Shown: positions 56,054 to 64,000 of the stretch, one piece after another
Position numbering within the stretch: the first letter of the stretch is position 1
How the letters are laid out: each line of letters starts with the position of its first letter
NCBI GenBank assembly: GCA_027320085.1
Contig: DAHVLZ010000018.1
Span: forward strand, 96,214-160,213
DNA from: Pseudomonadota bacterium
GTDB lineage: Bacteria > Pseudomonadota > Gammaproteobacteria > JAKAQQ01
DNA: 64,000 bases
Direction: 5' to 3'
Position numbers and translations under genes: made by a program
The notes under the pieces: generated by a model
The model's database searches: none
The model's input: only the letters and a program-made list of their open reading frames with translations
Told to the model about the DNA's origin: nothing

Positions 56054-56656
56054 TCAGGAAACGGGGGCCTGTGCTAATGCCACGATCCGCTCCGTCAGGA
56101 TAGACCAATAATCATTGCGGAGTGATCTCCACTCCATGTGAAACCACGGGGTAAAGGTCTCCGGCCGGGAGTCCATCTCACGGTCGAGGGCAAATGGTTC
56201 GATATAGCGGCAGTCATCGACCTCGTTGACATTGGGCCGGACCGTCTGGTCGCCCACGAAACCGGCGAAAACCCAGCAGAGCTCATTCTCAGACCCAATC
56301 GATAAATACTCTGCATGGTACTGAAATTTATAAATATAATGAAGTTCACAAGCCAGGCCGAGTTCTTCCTCTAATCGCCTTTTGGCCGCCTCCGGGGTGT
56401 GCTCCCCCACACGCGGGTGGCTGCAACAGCTATTGGACCAGAATGCAGGCCATAACCGCTTCTGGCGGCTCCGCCGTTGCATGAGAACCGCACCCTCACT
56501 GTTAAAAACAAAAAGGGAAAAGGCCCGGTGCAGGACTCCCTGGCCCTCATGACAGCGGGCCTTGTCCAAGGATCCGGTTTCCCGATCCTCGGGATCGACC
56601 AAGATCAGCGGGTCGCTGTCGAAAGAGACAACCGGATGGAGGGCATGCTCAAGCAT
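56054..56656 (-). CDS. idi: Isopentenyl-diphosphate delta-isomerase, type 1
   Basis: LHRAFS, WSNSCCSHP, RRLEEELG, ENELC and FTPWF; ATG at 56656. Confidence 0.95.
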   Translation of the reverse strand: MLEHALHPVVSFDSDPLILVDPEDRETGSLDKARCHEGQGVLHRAFSLFVFNSEGAVLMQRRSRQKRLWPAFWSNSCCSHPRVGEHTPEAAKRRLEEELGLACELHYIYKFQYHAEYLSIGSENELCWVFAGFVGDQTVRPNVNEVDDCRYIEPFALDREMDSRPETFTPWFHMEWRSLRNDYWSILTERIVALAQAPVS

Positions 56657-58931
56657 CGGTTTGACCAATCTGGACCTCCATCGCCTGGTAGCCGGCATCC
56701 TGCATCGCTTTGATGACGGTTGCGGTCTTTCCCGGGCACAGGGCAATGATGGAGCCCCCTCCCCCACCACCGGTGAGCTTGGCGCCGACTGCCCCGTTTT
56801 CCCTCGCGATTTCAATCAACTGTTCGATTTCCGGGCTTGAGACCTGAAGGGCGGCCAGCAATCCCTGGCAGACGTTCATGAGATCCCCCAGTTGCTCGAA
56901 ATCGGCCTTTTCGACCGCCCGGACTCCTTCCAGCACAAGGCGATCGATTCCCTTGAAGATCTCTTCGTAAAGGGCACTGTTCTTCTTCCACGCCTGACGG
57001 ACCCGTCGGACGGTTTTCGCCGTCAGGCTTTCAACATGCGTCATCCCGACTACCAGTGGGATGGGTTTCGGAGGGTGGATGACCCGCATCTCGGCGGGCT
57101 GTCCCGGACGGTAGAGAAGCAGTTGCCCATAGGTGGCCACGGTATTGTCCACTCCCGAGGGAGTGCCATGGGCGATTTTCTCGCACTCGAAAGCCAGCGT
57201 ATTGATTTCCTCGTCTGCCATGCCCAGCTTGAAATGCAGGTTCATGGCCCGGATGGTCGCCACAGCCGTTGCTGCCGATCCCCCGAGACCCATGGCTTTC
57301 GGAACGTTCGAAAAAATCTCGATCTGAAGCGGACGATTTTCGAGGCCAAGCTTCTGGATGATGAGCTGGATGGAATGGTGAAAGGAATCGGGCTCGTTTT
57401 GTTTGGGATGCAAGCGTTGTTCAATGCCCCAACGGGGAATGATCAGGGTCACTCCCTCCTCGGCATCCTTCACCTTGCATTTGATGGCCAGTGGAATCGG
57501 CGCGGTGATGGCATGGCTGCCATACACCACCGCGTGTTCGCCCAAGAGGATGACTTTCCCGTGACCTACCCCATATTCCGACATGTCCGGCTGCTTCAGC
57601 CCGGAATCCGTGTGTTCCGGACGCGGCTGGGATTCACTCCGGACCGTTTCAATGATTTCTCGTGCCTTCCAGACCTTGATGTCGCCCCCGTCGATCAGGC
57701 GATCCACGACCGTTTCAAAGATCGCCGGATCCGCACCCGCGGCCAGTGCCACACTGCGGGCGTGCAGGGTCATGTGACCCTGTTGGATGCCGTCCGTGAC
57801 CAGGGCTCTCAGCGCCGAAAAGTTTTGCCCCAGACCGACCGCCCCCATGATTTCCGCAAGTTCCCGAGCGCTTTGGGCACCCAGCAGTCGCTGGTTGACC
57901 GCAACCGTCTGGTTCGATTGCTGCTGCCCGCCGACCGTACCGACCTTGATCGGCATTTCGAGCACGCCCTCCAGGTTCCCGCGAGCATTCTTGTACCAGC
58001 GGGTCAAGGCCGTATAGGAGTGACCCCGGGCGGCATAGGCATGGGCGGCGGCCTCGAGTGCTCTCCAGTCGTTCCCGGTGGCGAGGGCCACGGCGTCAAT
58101 GCCATTCATGATGCCTTTGTTATGGGTTGCCGCACGGTAGGGATCCACGATTGCCAGGTCATTGGCCAGAATGATGCCATCTCGCACCTGCTCGGGATCA
58201 TGTCCGGACCGGGCCAAAGCCGTCAAAGTGATTTCACAGCTTGTCCTGACCAGCGCCCGATCGGTCAGGTTCGACAGGATCCGTAAAAGTACCCGGCCAC
58301 CGGTCAGGTTTTCGAGGAGTGAAGCGACTCCTTCACACATCGTGTTGACCAGGTTGGCCCCCATTGCATCGCAGGTATCGACCAAGAGGTGCACGACCAA
58401 CATGTCACGACCGCTGCTGGGTGAGACATGCTTCCAGACCTCGATGTCCCGGGCCCCTCCCCCTCTTGCCACCAGGTTGGGATGGAAACTGTTCGCAAGA
58501 TTGATGATCTCTTCCTTCCGGTTGAGCAGCGTAGACTGCGCCTCCCGGGGATGCGGCAGGTCGATGATCTGGACCTGTCCGATCAGGAGGGTTCCCTGGC
58601 TCACGCTCTGGAATCCCCCCCCGTCACGTGCCATTTTTGCGGCTGCACACAGGGCGGCCACGATCGAGGGCTCCTCGACGACCAGGGGGATGACATAGTC
58701 CTTGCCGTTGATCAGGAAATTGAGTGCCAGGCCGATCGGCAGTCCCATGACGCCGATCACGTTCTCGATCATCTTGTCGGCGTGATGAACCTTGAGAAGA
58801 TGCTTCCCCGCGGCGAGCACCAGGTAATCCTCGTCCGTGAGGAAACCTTTTTCGTGAATGACTCGGACCCGCTCGGGGACCGACAGCTTGTAAAAATTGG
58901 GAATGCGGGCTCGACTCATGCGGTAGTTCAC
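56649..58931 (-). CDS. Fused class II HMG-CoA reductase / mevalonate kinase
   Basis: N-part: ENVIG, EEPSIVAA, DAMGAN, THNKGIMNG, GNDWRA, GIQQGHM. C-part: GKVILLGEHAVVYG, GLGGSAA, HGTPSGVD, GAKLTGGGGGG. Single open frame. Confidence 0.93.
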   Translation of the reverse strand: MNYRMSRARIPNFYKLSVPERVRVIHEKGFLTDEDYLVLAAGKHLLKVHHADKMIENVIGVMGLPIGLALNFLINGKDYVIPLVVEEPSIVAALCAAAKMARDGGGFQSVSQGTLLIGQVQIIDLPHPREAQSTLLNRKEEIINLANSFHPNLVARGGGARDIEVWKHVSPSSGRDMLVVHLLVDTCDAMGANLVNTMCEGVASLLENLTGGRVLLRILSNLTDRALVRTSCEITLTALARSGHDPEQVRDGIILANDLAIVDPYRAATHNKGIMNGIDAVALATGNDWRALEAAAHAYAARGHSYTALTRWYKNARGNLEGVLEMPIKVGTVGGQQQSNQTVAVNQRLLGAQSARELAEIMGAVGLGQNFSALRALVTDGIQQGHMTLHARSVALAAGADPAIFETVVDRLIDGGDIKVWKAREIIETVRSESQPRPEHTDSGLKQPDMSEYGVGHGKVILLGEHAVVYGSHAITAPIPLAIKCKVKDAEEGVTLIIPRWGIEQRLHPKQNEPDSFHHSIQLIIQKLGLENRPLQIEIFSNVPKAMGLGGSAATAVATIRAMNLHFKLGMADEEINTLAFECEKIAHGTPSGVDNTVATYGQLLLYRPGQPAEMRVIHPPKPIPLVVGMTHVESLTAKTVRRVRQAWKKNSALYEEIFKGIDRLVLEGVRAVEKADFEQLGDLMNVCQGLLAALQVSSPEIEQLIEIARENGAVGAKLTGGGGGGSIIALCPGKTATVIKAMQDAGYQAMEVQIGQTDA

Positions 58932-60007
58932 TCCGGAATCGGACGAATCTCCAACCCTTGGGTTTCTTGATTCGGGTCAACTATATGATACCCGATTGCC
59001 TCGGCCTGATGCCGGAAGAGCGACAGGGTTTCCATGCTTTCCGCCATTGCAAAACCCACATCGCCCCCACCGGCACCCGAAGGTTTGTAGCTCACCCCCA
59101 GGCCTTGGGCGAGTGCCAGAAGTCGACTGTGATCCCCGGAGAGGATTTTGAGGCCGCTCGCCTCCTCCAAGCCTCGCAATGCCTCCGCATAGTGATGCAA
59201 CGCGAGGCGGAACCCGGAAGTCTCCTCAGCACGAAACGCACCGATTCCTGCTTCACTGATTCCGGCCAAGCCATCCATCACCCTCCGGAAGCGTTCCGGC
59301 TCCTGCGACTTCCATTGAAAAAAGCGTTCCAGCATCCCCCCGGTGGAAGTGGAGTGCCCGGTCCACAGGATCAGCATGGGACATGGAACCGTCCGATGAA
59401 ACACTTCAATGGAGGGCAGCCCATTTGCAGGATCTTTCCGGAACTGGATCCAATGGCCAAAGCAGCCTGCCGCGAGGTCGACTCCACTTCCCCGCTGATC
59501 CGGTTGCTCCCGGTACATCCGCCAAAGCTCGGGCCAGATCTTGTCGGGGGTCCAGCGGGTGTGTTGTGCGGACAGGGACGCACGAACCGAGGCGAAAAGG
59601 GCCACGGTGAGCGCAGCACTGGATCCCAGGCCCAGTTTGCCCGATTCCGAGTAAAAGTCCCGCGTATCCAGTTCCAGCCTGATCGCCCGCTGGCCCTTCA
59701 GAAGGGAAGACAGATCCTTGCGGAACCAGGAAAAAACATGCTGCACCAGGGACAGCGCCCGGCCGGTTTCGGGATCCGTGAGCGCAAAGGCTCGCGGGGC
59801 ATCCGGATGGAAGGGGATTTCCCGGCCGGGCCAGAGGCTGGACTCGATGACCGAGCCGGGACCTTCAACCCAGCGGATGACGACCCGGGCTCTCCGTCCG
59901 ACCGCCATGACCAGTGCGGGTGCACCCTCGAGAACGGCATATTCGCCGAGGATCATCAGCTTGCCAGGAGCCGAAACCCCGATGTCTTGGGGGGTTACGG
60001 GGTTCAT
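58928..60007 (-). CDS. Phosphomevalonate kinase (GHMP family)
   Basis: SAPGKLMILGEYAVL, KLGLGSSAA, GSGVDLAA and KPSGAGGGD; lies between mvaD and the HMGR fusion. Confidence 0.88.
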   Translation of the reverse strand: MNPVTPQDIGVSAPGKLMILGEYAVLEGAPALVMAVGRRARVVIRWVEGPGSVIESSLWPGREIPFHPDAPRAFALTDPETGRALSLVQHVFSWFRKDLSSLLKGQRAIRLELDTRDFYSESGKLGLGSSAALTVALFASVRASLSAQHTRWTPDKIWPELWRMYREQPDQRGSGVDLAAGCFGHWIQFRKDPANGLPSIEVFHRTVPCPMLILWTGHSTSTGGMLERFFQWKSQEPERFRRVMDGLAGISEAGIGAFRAEETSGFRLALHHYAEALRGLEEASGLKILSGDHSRLLALAQGLGVSYKPSGAGGGDVGFAMAESMETLSLFRHQAEAIGYHIVDPNQETQGLEIRPIPE

Positions 60008-61005
60008 GGAGCGGACAGGAGGGCTTTTTCGGCTCCGGAAAGCACCCGGGCGCCCGGTCCCAAGCGGCTGGTCATGACCTCGAGAACACCCGGGATCTGG
60101 CGCAGAATCTCAGCAACCTGCTGGGTGGCTCCCGGCTCGCAGACCGCCTTGACCTGGGGTCCCGCATCGACCGTGAAAAAAACGGGAATTCCCTTTGCCC
60201 TGAGGTCGCGGAGGACGGTGAGGCAGGTGATCGTGGCCCCATTCCAGTAAAGCAGACCGGGCTTCGCCGCGAGGGCCAGTCCATGCATCTTGAGACAGCT
60301 GTGCTCGCTCACGAGTGCCAGTTTCTCAAAATCGCGGGCCACGACTGCTTGGCGGGCATCCTCCAGGTCGGCGGGCTGTGCCCGGATCCAGTCCTCGTAA
60401 AAGGGCGAGGTCTTCGCCGTGAGCTCCATGCCGGCCGTCGATCCCACCGGTTTGGCGGAAAGACTGGTAATGGCGATCGCGACCTCGAGTGGCCAATGAC
60501 CGGGGTCGGCGAGTGGGACCAGCTCCGTGCGGCCCGGGGCCGGGGTTTCATGCAGGCGCAGTTCGACAAAGCCGCCATACAGGGACCGGGGCGCGGAGCC
60601 GGACGCCCATCGTGCCCACTCGCTCCGTTCTTCGGCGGAAATCTCAAGGCGCAGGGCCGCAATGGCCGCCGTCACCAACGCGGCAAAACCGGATGCCGAG
60701 GAGGCCAGTCCCGCGGATGTCGGAAAGTTGTTGCGGGTCTGGATTCGGGCCCGGTGGGGGCAGGAGGCCTGTTGCCGGATGGGATCCAGGCACCGGCTGA
60801 CCCGGACCAAGCCTTTGGGATCGGGCACGCCATTCAGGAGAAAGAGATCCTCCGGCAGGTCCGGATCGAACTCGACCTCGGTTTGGGTCCAGAGGGATTC
60901 CAGGGTCACGGAGAGGGAACCCACGGCGGGAAGATTCCGGGCTCCGTGGCGTTTCCCCCAGTACTTGACGAGCGCAATGTTGGGCTGGGCTTGGGCTTGG
61001 GCCAT
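60004..61005 (-). CDS. mvaD: Diphosphomevalonate decarboxylase
   Basis: PNIALVKYWGK, NNFPTSAGLASSASGFAA, SGSAPRS and TVDAGPQV. Confidence 0.95.
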   Translation of the reverse strand: MAQAQAQPNIALVKYWGKRHGARNLPAVGSLSVTLESLWTQTEVEFDPDLPEDLFLLNGVPDPKGLVRVSRCLDPIRQQASCPHRARIQTRNNFPTSAGLASSASGFAALVTAAIAALRLEISAEERSEWARWASGSAPRSLYGGFVELRLHETPAPGRTELVPLADPGHWPLEVAIAITSLSAKPVGSTAGMELTAKTSPFYEDWIRAQPADLEDARQAVVARDFEKLALVSEHSCLKMHGLALAAKPGLLYWNGATITCLTVLRDLRAKGIPVFFTVDAGPQVKAVCEPGATQQVAEILRQIPGVLEVMTSRLGPGARVLSGAEKALLSAP

Positions 61006-61066
61006 GTCGGTTTCCACTGCCTGCTGGAATTCTACGGGATCAGACCGGCCGCTGCCGGCCCGATGC

Positions 61067-61807
61067 TCACTTAGCCCAGCCCAGATGCCGCGCAAAGTAC
61101 CGGAGGGCACGATGTGCCTGCCGGTCACTTTCCCAGAGCTGCAACACTCCGGCGTAATCCGCTTTCCGCATCCGGGCCACGCAAGAGGGCAAGCGCCTCA
61201 CCATCAGCCGCCCCCAGGGATCGAGGGTTTGCGTAAGAACCTGTGGCACGCTCTGGTCTACGCCATCCAGGGGTGCCTTGATGGCGACGAAAGGCATCCC
61301 TCGTTCTCGTGCCACCGTACCCACGGAGAAAGCCTCAAGATCGACCAGGATCGCCGGGAACCGTTTGCGCAGAAGGGCTTTTTCCGCGGCGTTGGCGAGC
61401 ACCCGATCCATGGTCAGCAGATCTTCACACTCCAGTGGAGGCGAGCCACGCGCCTCGAGAAGTTTCGACCGCCAGTCCGGGTCGGCAGGCAGCACGTCTC
61501 CCTCTCCTCCCAGAATCCGTTCCGGCAGGAGGATCAGGCCCGCCCGGGCCGCCGGATCCAACCCTCCCGCGAACCCCCAGGAAACCAGTCGTCGACACCC
61601 GATGTCGAACAGGCCCCGGGCGGCCCGTCTCGCCCGTTCTGCGCCCATCCCGGATACCCAGCAATGATTTCCGCCACCGATCGCGACAGGTTGATCCAAG
61701 GGGATCCGACCGGCAACCAGCGTCCGTGCTTCCCGCGCCAGCGCCACGACCAGACCAGTCGGCCGAGTTTCGGCCATTGGCGGTTCTGCCACGCCCAGCC
61801 TCAACAT
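61067..61807 (-). CDS. hpnG: Hopanoid-associated phosphorylase/nucleosidase HpnG
   Basis: GLVVALAREAR, SGMG, LVSWGFAGGLDP and VDLEA (PNP/MTAN fold); same operon as hpnH. Confidence 0.82.
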   Translation of the reverse strand: MLRLGVAEPPMAETRPTGLVVALAREARTLVAGRIPLDQPVAIGGGNHCWVSGMGAERARRAARGLFDIGCRRLVSWGFAGGLDPAARAGLILLPERILGGEGDVLPADPDWRSKLLEARGSPPLECEDLLTMDRVLANAAEKALLRKRFPAILVDLEAFSVGTVARERGMPFVAIKAPLDGVDQSVPQVLTQTLDPWGRLMVRRLPSCVARMRKADYAGVLQLWESDRQAHRALRYFARHLGWAK

Positions 61808-61846
61808 TCTCCGGTCTCGTGACCGGACGAGGTTCGAGCCACCGGG

Positions 61847-62200
61847 TTATTCCAGCACCACGGCAGTGCCGTAGGCGGTCACCTCGTTCATGGCCTGACC
61901 CGGGCCGGAATCAAACTCTCCGGAATCGAACCGCATGGCCAAAACAGCATTGGCGCCGAGCAATCTGGCTGCCTGGGCCAGCTGGGCCAAGGCATCGTTC
62001 CGGCTTCTGGAAATCATCTTGCTATAGCCTTTTTGCCGTCCGCCGAAAAGGGCTCTCAGACTCCCCAGCCAATTGCCGGCAAAGTTTCTCGACCGGACGC
62101 TTGTGCCATAAACAGGGCCGATCACCTTGCGGATATTTCGCCCGGGGCAGTCATTCAGCGTCAAAATGAGAACCTCATGCTCGTCATGGTTTGTGGGCAC
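61847..62200 (-). CDS. YbjQ (UPF0145) family protein
   Basis: G-x-V-x-G-x-x-VRSRN, LGANAVLAMRFD and EVTAYGTAV. Confidence 0.92.
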   Translation of the reverse strand: MPTNHDEHEVLILTLNDCPGRNIRKVIGPVYGTSVRSRNFAGNWLGSLRALFGGRQKGYSKMISRSRNDALAQLAQAARLLGANAVLAMRFDSGEFDSGPGQAMNEVTAYGTAVVLE

Positions 62201-62370
62201 AGCTCAGTCTCCCGGAAAAAATGATGGAGATATCCTAAACAACTGTTCATGAGAGAACCAGTGGGTTCTTGCACAGGCAGATTGCCTGGCCTGAAGCGCT
62301 GTACTTCCCCGGCTCGGCGTACCGGATATCCCCCGACAAGGAGGATCCCGCCGTCGGGAGTGGACTCCAG

Positions 62371-62376
62371 TATAAT
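62371..62376 (+). promoter_or_regulatory. Putative sigma70 -10 box for the diguanylate cyclase gene
   Basis: Perfect TATAAT 18-45 nt upstream of in-frame ATGs at 62394 and 62421; no clear -35 seen. Confidence 0.4.
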
Positions 62377-62420
62377 GCCCTGACATTTACGTTATGACAC
62401 GGCAAAACCAGGCTTGTTTT

Positions 62421-64000
62421 ATGCACAGCCCCGGCAGGGATTCCACTGAGAGACACTGCGAAGAGGATTATGACCGTCGACTGATCGACCACTTCCTGGC
62501 CAAGATGGTCGTGCCCCAGATCACCGTGATCCTGCTCGGCCTGGTCGAGTGTTTTCTGATCTGGAACCACACTGCCCACACCAAACACATGTGGGTCCTC
62601 GGATGGATCCTGTTCCTCCTCATCGTCACACTTTACCGCTTCGAACTGATCCACCGTTACCGGCGCCATGGAAACAGCCATACAGTCGCCTACTGGATGC
62701 GGCGCCTCACAGCCGCCATGTTCGCCTCGGGTTTCGCCTGGGGGCTCGCCTGGTGGCTCCCCGGGCTCCATCCCCCCAGCACCATTGTTTTCATCAACCT
62801 GATCCTGCTGGTCGGCTTCATTGCAGGATCGACCGTGACCAACTTCTGGATCCCCTGGGGCAGCCGGGCGTTTGCCCTGCCCATCCTCACTTCGCTCGCC
62901 CTTCACCTCTCGAGCTTCCCACTGGACATCCAGCTGGTGGGTGGATTCATGCTCCTCCTCTTCTGGATCACGGTTGACCTCGCGGCCCAGGCAACCCATG
63001 AGGGTTATCGCAAAAATGTCACCCTCACCATCCAAGCCGAGCGCATCACCGCCCAGCTCGACAGCAAGAACCGGGACTTGATTGGAGAAATCGGGCGACG
63101 CGAACGCGCAGAACAGATGATCGCCAAGGATCATGAAGAACTCATCCTCGTCATCGACTCGATTCCGATCCTGACAGCCATCGTGACGCGAGGACTGGTG
63201 CTTCGTCGCATCAACCGGGCACTGAGCCAACAGCTCCGCGTCGAGTCCGAAGGAACAGTCTCCATCCCGCTGGAATCCCTGGTTGGCCACGAGCAATATC
63301 CTGCGCTCAAAACCCGTTTTGAACAGGCCCTCACGGGAGGCCAGCAAAGCTTTCCCCTCCAGCTTTCCTGGAGTCCGGGTCACCAACCGCGCTTCTACAC
63401 AGCCCACTGCATCCCCATCGGGTCACTCAACCGACCTGCGGCCCGGGAATTTGTTCTCCTCCTCGAAGATGTGACCACCTGGAAAAAGAAGGAACTCAAG
63501 CTGAGCCACGAAGCACTCCATGACCCCCTCACGGGGCTCGGTAATCGCCGCCTGCTTGAAGATCGCCTGCTGGATGCGCTCGACCGGGTTCACCTGGGTG
63601 AACCCGGGATCCTGATCCTGCTCGATCTGGATGGATTTAAATCCATCAACGATCAGGAAGGGCATCCCGTCGGGGATACGATTCTGACTGCAGTGGCACG
63701 GGCGCTCACGCATTCCGTCAGGAAGACCGATACCGTCTGCCGTCTCGGCGGGGACGAGTTCGCCATCGTCCTCCCTGCCGCCCCACGGGAAACGGCAGAA
63801 CCGATTGTAAGGAAGATCCAGGCACACATCCGTGAGGAGACAAACACCCTGGCCCTGAAGAGCGTCCCGCCGACGGCAAGCATTGGACTCGTGGCACTCG
63901 AGACCGGGGACATCAATCCCCCGGACTGGCTTGCCGCAGCCGATCGCGGACTTTACGAAGCCAAGCGACAGGGCGGCAACACGCATGCCTGGGGCCACCT
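62421..64000 (+). CDS. Membrane-anchored PAS-GGDEF diguanylate cyclase, 3'-partial (absent from the ORF track because it runs off the window)
   Basis: Manual translation from ATG 62421: several TM helices, a PAS-like segment, HDPLTGLGNRR, DLDGFKSIND-x-x-GH-x-x-GD, RKTD I-site and an intact RLGGDEF starting at 63741. Confidence 0.9.
   Translation, partial: MHSPGRDSTERHCEEDYDRRLIDHFLAKMVVPQITVILLGLVECFLIWNHTAHTKHMWVLGWILFLLIVTLYRFELIHRYRRHGNSHTVAYWMRRLTAAMFASGFAWGLAWWLPGLHPPSTIVFINLILLVGFIAGSTVTNFWIPWGSRAFALPILTSLALHLSSFPLDIQLVGGFMLLLFWITVDLAAQATHEGYRKNVTLTIQAERITAQLDSKNRDLIGEIGRRERAEQMIAKDHEELILVIDSIPILTAIVTRGLVLRRINRALSQQLRVESEGTVSIPLESLVGHEQYPALKTRFEQALTGGQQSFPLQLSWSPGHQPRFYTAHCIPIGSLNRPAAREFVLLLEDVTTWKKKELKLSHEALHDPLTGLGNRRLLEDRLLDALDRVHLGEPGILILLDLDGFKSINDQEGHPVGDTILTAVARALTHSVRKTDTVCRLGGDEFAIVLPAAPRETAEPIVRKIQAHIREETNTLALKSVPPTASIGLVALETGDINPPDWLAAADRGLYEAKRQGGNTHAWGH

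Noticed and set aside
60982-61003. GCCCAA/GCCCAG hexamer repeat at the start of mvaD (AQAQAQP)
   Set aside because: Only three in-frame units matching the usual A-x-A-x-A-x-PNIAL N-terminus; not a phase-variation tract
62247-63998. Minus-strand ORFs 62247-63407 and 63423-63998
   Set aside because: Antisense to the plus-strand GGDEF gene, which carries the conserved motifs
1-64000. CRISPR arrays, IS/transposases, integrases, prophage or defence systems
   Set aside because: No regularly spaced repeats and no transposase, integrase or cas motifs seen by eye; a computational repeat scan would be needed to exclude short degenerate repeats

Overview
GC-rich chromosomal window, most likely from a gammaproteobacterium. 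Evidence for this: the pepA-holC-valS / lptF-lptG / RDD layout, the beta/gamma-proteobacterial ValRS insert after KMSKS, and the Rrf2-sufBCDSU-sufT-Rieske operon. The composition of its exported proteins suggests an acidophile (inference). The dominant theme is hopanoid membrane-lipid biosynthesis, split over three loci. (1) hpnI-J-K-N-L-M on the minus strand, continuing into an uncharacterised lipoprotein and an RDD gene. (2) Divergently, hpnA, a one-step FDFT1-type squalene synthase, shc and a GGCT-family gene. (3) ybjQ-hpnG-mvaD-phosphomevalonate kinase-[class II HMG-CoA reductase::mevalonate kinase fusion]-idi-hpnH, i.e. a mevalonate cassette embedded between two hopanoid side-chain genes. 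Locus 3 and the lipoprotein coupled to the hopanoid transporter are the best candidates for undescribed biology. Also present: EmrAB-type efflux, a POT peptide transporter inserted in the pepA operon, serS, tRNA-Ser(TGA) with an adjacent lower-GC CAAX-protease gene, a PAS-kinase/REC/EAL signalling trio, a secreted S10 carboxypeptidase with a structured 5' leader, and a membrane GGDEF protein running off the right end. No CRISPR array, IS element or integrase was seen. All calls come from reading motifs by eye; no database searches were run.
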